Program-made: the position numbers and the translations under genes | Part shown: in pieces, positions 60,166 to 64,000 of the stretch | Layout of the letters: each line of letters opens with the position of its first letter | Position numbering within the stretch: position 1 is the stretch's first letter | Assembly (NCBI GenBank): GCA_020697715.1 | Contig: JAEHCO010000004.1 | Location: 1 to 64,000 of the forward strand | From: Methanobacteriota archaeon | GTDB lineage: Archaea > Thermoplasmatota > Thermoplasmata > SG8-5 > JAGLSY01 | Reading direction: 5' to 3' | DNA length: 64,000 nt | Notes under the pieces: generated by a model | What the model was told of the DNA's origin: nothing | Database searches by the model: none | What the model saw: only the letters and a program-made list of their open reading frames with translations

Positions 60166-63100
60166 TATTCATCACCTCCTTCGCTTTCCGCACTGAGATC
60201 ACACCTCAGACACCTGGATGCCTCTTTCTTGGCACATTCAGGGTCCATGCACATGACAACTTCCTCGAAGCCGCATGTTCTGTCATCAGCGTTTAGTTCT
60301 TTCACGCCCTGCCTCTGCATTGGTTCTGCATTGTCTGGTTCGACATTGGAATAGTTGGTATTGTTCATCTTTTCCAACTGGGCCAATCGGTCATTGCCAC
60401 CCAAGAACAGATCGATGTTCCTGGCCGCCCTCTTACCATCAGCCACCACGTCGATCACACTTGCAGGTCCAGTTACCGCATCTCCACCAGCGAATATCTT
60501 CGGGAACCAAGCTGAGCTTCCTGTTCCTTCAACAGGTATCCACCTTGAATCGCCCACGATATTCATTCCACCAGCGAAGTCAGTATCCAATTGCTGTCCA
60601 ATGGCATTGACCACACGGTCGGCCCTTATCTCGACAGTCTCATCGGTAGCGACAGGTGATCTGCGACCCCACTTGGTGAAATCGCCCATGACATTCTTTC
60701 TGAAGACAGCTCCAACGACCTTTCCGCCTTCCACGATGAGTTTCTCGGGTGCGACCAGGAAGTGATATTCCACACCTTCCTCTCTGCAGTGTTCGATCTC
60801 CTCATCATAAGCTGGCATGTCATCCTCTTCTCGTCTGTAGCAGACGGTGACCTTGGTTCCCATTCGAATTGCAGTTCTGGCAACATCTATGGCAACGTTC
60901 CCACCGCCTATCACGAGAATGCTCTGACCCAGATCGACCGACTTGCCACTATTCATTTCCTTGAGCAGCTGAAGACCTGGAAGCACGCCTGGAAGTTCCT
61001 CGCCTTCCAGCCCCAGCTTCGTGTCCTTCTGGGCTCCGATGGCCAGGTATACCGCATCATTATCATTGAGCAGTGTTTCCATTGTTATGTCCTTACCCAC
61101 ACTAGTATTTGTTTTGGCCACAACACCCAGGTCGATAATGTCCTGGATCTCTTTGTCGATGATCTCATGTGGCAGCCTGTACTTTGGAATTCCATATCGT
61201 ACCCAGCCGCCCATTTTTTCTTGAGCTTCATAGATGGTTGGCTTGTACCCCATCCTTCTCAGGAAGTAGGCTGCTGAAAGACCAGATGGCCCTCCACCCA
61301 CAATGGCGATGGTCTTGTCCACATCATCAAGTGTGGATATCTTTCCAACACCTGCTTTGAAAGCCTCATCTGAAGCATATCTCTTGAGCTCACGAATGGC
61401 TATTGGCTCATCCAACTGCGCACGCTGGCATCTTCCTTCACAAGGGTGCTCACAGACCCTTCCACAAATGGATGGGAAGGGGTTTGCCTCTCTATTGACA
61501 TCATATGCCTCTGCGTACCTGCCTTCAGTTATCAATTGTATGTAGCCGGGCACATTGGTACCTGCTGGGCAAGTGTTCTGACATGGCGATTTGAACATGG
61601 CCGCACAAACAGATGCATCACATATCTTGTTCTCAATGTGGTCCACATACTCGTTCATGAAGTACTTCATGGTGGTCATGATCGGATTGGGTGCTGTTCC
61701 TCCAAGGGCGCAAAGTGCACTCGCACTAACTTGCTCTGAAAGGCTCGTCAGTACCTCAAGGTCTTCCATCACACCTTCTCCGTGACATATCTTCTCAAGT
61801 ATCTCCAGCAATCTTCTTGTTCCGATCCTGCAAGGAGTACATTTCCCACATGATTCCTCGGCTGTGAAAGTGAGGAAGTATCTTGCGACATCCACCATGC
61901 AGGTGTCCTCATCGAGAACCACCATTCCACCAGATCCAACAATGGAACCCAGTGTTTTCAGGTTATCATAATCCACGGGGATATCCAGGTGTTCCTCGGG
62001 TATACAACCTCCAGATGGACCACCGGTCTGAACGGCCTTGAACTTGCGACCATCCATGATACCGCCGCCGATCTCGTAGATGATGTCCTTCATCGGAATT
62101 CCCATTGGAACCTCGATAAGACCTGCGCGGTTCACTTTTCCTACTAAGGAGAAAACCTTGGTTCCAGTGCTTTTCTCAGTCCCCATGGTGGAGAACCATT
62201 CCCCGCCCCTCTGAAGGATCATAGCGATATTGGCCCATGTCTCGACATTGTTGATATTCGTAGGCTTGCCCCAAAGACCACTGACAGCAGGGAATGGAGG
62301 TCTTGGCCTTGGTTCGCCTCTCTTACCCTCGATGGAGTTTATGAGCGCGGTCTCTTCACCACAAACGAATACACCAGCTCCCTCACGGATATGTATCCTG
62401 AAGCTGTAGTCCATTCCAAAGACACGATCACCAAGTATACCATGTTCCTCTGCAGAAGCAATAGCTTTCTTCAGTTTTTCGATGGCCAGTGGGTATTCAG
62501 CACGGATGTAGATGTATCCGTCCGTTGCTCCCATTGCGTATCCTCCAATTATCATACCTTCGATAACACTGTGTGGATCTCCTTCCAGAACTGCACGATC
62601 CATGTAAGCACCAGGATCTCCTTCATCAGCATTACAGATGACGTATTTCACGTCACCTGGAGCCTTGTGACAGAACTCCCATTTCAAACCAGTTGGGAAA
62701 CCTGCTCCACCTCTTCCGCGGATCCCGGAAGTCTTGACCTCGCCGATTATCTCTTCGGGTGTCAATTCGAACAATGATCTGTAAGCAGCTCTGTAACCGC
62801 CCCTGGCTATGTATTCCTCAATATCTTCAGGAACAACAATTCCACAGTTCCTCAAGGCCACCCTTATCTGCTTGGCAAAGAAAGGTAGATCCTGATATTT
62901 TGGGATACCATCATAGACATCGGTCTCGGCAATTACACCATGCTCACACTCGGATATCTCGTCTGTAAGCTGGCACATTGCAAGCTCAGTTACTGGTTCC
63001 TCACCAACAAGGTGCTCATCCAGTATCTTCTTCAGTTTGTCAATGTCCATGTCCGAATAGGTAACACGTGGCTTTCCAGGTAATTTGATGTCGACCAATG

Positions 63101-63317
63101 GTTCCGCGTGGCACATACCGATGCAACCAACGGAAACGATGTCCGCATGAACATCGTTCTCATCCAGATACATCTCAGCATATTCCTTGAGCGGCATTCC
63201 GCCAGCTGCTATTCCACAGGTGGCCAATCCAAATATCACCTGGGGTGTTCCATTATCCATGGACTCCTTACCCCTCTGGGCCATGTCCCTGAGGTGGACT
63301 ATCTTGCTTATTTTCAT
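60165..63317 (-). CDS. NuoF/HydB-like FMN/NAD(H) subunit fused to a GltD/NfnB-like FAD/NADP(H) module
   Basis: GRGGAGFPTG.KW, NADEGDPG, CGEETAL, NNVET, ESCGKCTPCR.G; then CQNTCP, CGRVC..PCE..C, GGGPSG, GGGNVA.D, YRR, FAGGD...GP, EASRCLRC. Confidence 0.92.
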   Translation of the reverse strand: MKISKIVHLRDMAQRGKESMDNGTPQVIFGLATCGIAAGGMPLKEYAEMYLDENDVHADIVSVGCIGMCHAEPLVDIKLPGKPRVTYSDMDIDKLKKILDEHLVGEEPVTELAMCQLTDEISECEHGVIAETDVYDGIPKYQDLPFFAKQIRVALRNCGIVVPEDIEEYIARGGYRAAYRSLFELTPEEIIGEVKTSGIRGRGGAGFPTGLKWEFCHKAPGDVKYVICNADEGDPGAYMDRAVLEGDPHSVIEGMIIGGYAMGATDGYIYIRAEYPLAIEKLKKAIASAEEHGILGDRVFGMDYSFRIHIREGAGVFVCGEETALINSIEGKRGEPRPRPPFPAVSGLWGKPTNINNVETWANIAMILQRGGEWFSTMGTEKSTGTKVFSLVGKVNRAGLIEVPMGIPMKDIIYEIGGGIMDGRKFKAVQTGGPSGGCIPEEHLDIPVDYDNLKTLGSIVGSGGMVVLDEDTCMVDVARYFLTFTAEESCGKCTPCRIGTRRLLEILEKICHGEGVMEDLEVLTSLSEQVSASALCALGGTAPNPIMTTMKYFMNEYVDHIENKICDASVCAAMFKSPCQNTCPAGTNVPGYIQLITEGRYAEAYDVNREANPFPSICGRVCEHPCEGRCQRAQLDEPIAIRELKRYASDEAFKAGVGKISTLDDVDKTIAIVGGGPSGLSAAYFLRRMGYKPTIYEAQEKMGGWVRYGIPKYRLPHEIIDKEIQDIIDLGVVAKTNTSVGKDITMETLLNDNDAVYLAIGAQKDTKLGLEGEELPGVLPGLQLLKEMNSGKSVDLGQSILVIGGGNVAIDVARTAIRMGTKVTVCYRREEDDMPAYDEEIEHCREEGVEYHFLVAPEKLIVEGGKVVGAVFRKNVMGDFTKWGRRSPVATDETVEIRADRVVNAIGQQLDTDFAGGMNIVGDSRWIPVEGTGSSAWFPKIFAGGDAVTGPASVIDVVADGKRAARNIDLFLGGNDRLAQLEKMNNTNYSNVEPDNAEPMQRQGVKELNADDRTCGFEEVVMCMDPECAKKEASRCLRCDLSAESEGGDE

Positions 63318-63793
63318 TCAGCAACCTCCTCGGTCTTGTAAGAATCAAGTATCTTTTGAAGGCCGCCTTTCTTCACACGACCATATGTCTCTTCATCTAT
63401 CATGATAACAGGCGAAAGACCACAGCAACCCAGACATCTGACAGACTCTAGTGAAAAGAGTCCATCTTTTGTGGTTCCGCCGGGTTTGATCTCCAGAATA
63501 TCTTCCAATTCCTGTGCGATACCAGAGCCACCTCTGACGTGGCACGCTGTACCACTGCAGACCTTGATGGTGTGCTTTCCAGGCGGATCAAATCTGAATT
63601 GTGGGTAGAAAGATACAACACCATAAAGCTCAGTTAATGAATATTCACTGTTCTCGGAAACATATGTGAGATATTCTTCTCCGACATATCCAAGAATTTC
63701 CTGAATATTCTGAAGGATAACGAGCTGCGGATCATCTATATTTGAATAAGTATCTAGTATAGTATCTATAATGAATTTGTCTTTAGCTTCCAT
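63314..63793 (-). CDS. NuoE/HydC-like [2Fe-2S] subunit
   Basis: GVVSFY..F, VCSGTACHVRG, DGLFSL..VRCLGCCGLSP. Confidence 0.93.
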   Translation of the reverse strand: MEAKDKFIIDTILDTYSNIDDPQLVILQNIQEILGYVGEEYLTYVSENSEYSLTELYGVVSFYPQFRFDPPGKHTIKVCSGTACHVRGGSGIAQELEDILEIKPGGTTKDGLFSLESVRCLGCCGLSPVIMIDEETYGRVKKGGLQKILDSYKTEEVAE

Positions 63794-63855
63794 TCAGAAT
63801 CCCTCCATTTTCATTACGGGATTTTTAATGAAATCGCTTTGCTCTCTCATTAAAA
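63794..63855 (-). promoter_or_regulatory. Junction element C: hairpin + SD + bridging mini-ORF (63794-63850)
   Basis: TTTTAATGAGA-GAGCAAAGCGA-TTTCATTAAAA-ATCCCGTAATGAAAATGGAGG; peptide MREQSDFIKNPVMKMEGF*. Confidence 0.7.
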
Positions 63856-64000
63856 CTCACCTCCTTTTATCTGCTTGTCATAAGCCTCGATTATCTGCTT
63901 GGAGAACCAAACTGGCCCTTTGGACTCGCCCTTGAAATTCCTCAGGTAGTCCCTGCGCTGATCAATAATATCTATCGAAGTAGTTGGTATGGTTCCACCA
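63850..64000 (-). CDS. 3' end of an upstream operon gene truncated by the window edge
   Basis: Open frame GGTIPTTSIDIIDQRRDYLRNFKGESKGPVWFSKQIIEAYDKQIKGGEF* ending at TAA 63850-63852; identity not determinable. Confidence 0.6.
   Translation of the reverse strand, partial: GGTIPTTSIDIIDQRRDYLRNFKGESKGPVWFSKQIIEAYDKQIKGGEF

Noticed and set aside
171-63608. Numerous 60-230 aa antisense or alternate-frame ORFs in the track (e.g. 619-1020, 17391-18017, 35517-36215, 47797-48330, 54916-55440)
   Set aside because: They lie opposite or within well-supported genes and show no recognisable motifs; treated as shadow ORFs.
53621-63855. Hairpins at UGA stops as SECIS-like selenocysteine recoding signals
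   Set aside because: One of the three upstream genes ends in TAA, the UGAs are not at Cys-equivalent positions, and both large subunits have ordinary Cys codons in L1/L2.

Overview
Archaeal chromosomal DNA, most consistent with an anaerobic, peptide-fermenting member of the Thermoplasmata. Supporting evidence: archaeal GluRS, SRP54, TrmY, geranylgeranyl reductase, TATA-like boxes, GGAGG/GAGGTG ribosome-binding sites and very AT-rich spacers. The taxonomy is inferred. No rRNA, tRNA, CRISPR array or transposase was recognised. Left to right: V4R protein, hexulose-phosphate isomerase, EndoIV-like nuclease and lipid reductase; a 1593-aa helical-repeat rod ending in a C4HC3 zinc finger; a surface proteolysis cluster (an intact 1594-aa subtilase, a double GIFT/DUF4350-like membrane protein, a 3378-aa subtilase with all catalytic residues substituted, an M29 aminopeptidase); a VWA-AAA-AAA plus AAA chelatase-like pair with degenerate ATPase motifs; srp54-trmY; larB/larE/N-terminal larC; a short Xer-type recombinase preceded by a dif-like site and several inverted repeats; deaminase, MG-domain membrane protein, aminotransferase, gltX, HIT and hypCAD; and two [NiFe]-hydrogenase operons. 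Operon 1 is a group 3b enzyme with fused beta-gamma subunits, led by a KaiC-like ATPase. Operon 2 couples a paralogous large subunit to NuoE, a NuoF::GltD fusion and a chimeric Fe-S subunit. The most unexpected signal is a three-copy ~55-nt element at gene junctions in the hydrogenase operons: a covarying hairpin with an 11-nt GA...GA loop, overlaid by an SD-led 18-21-aa mini-ORF running from the upstream stop codon to the downstream start codon.
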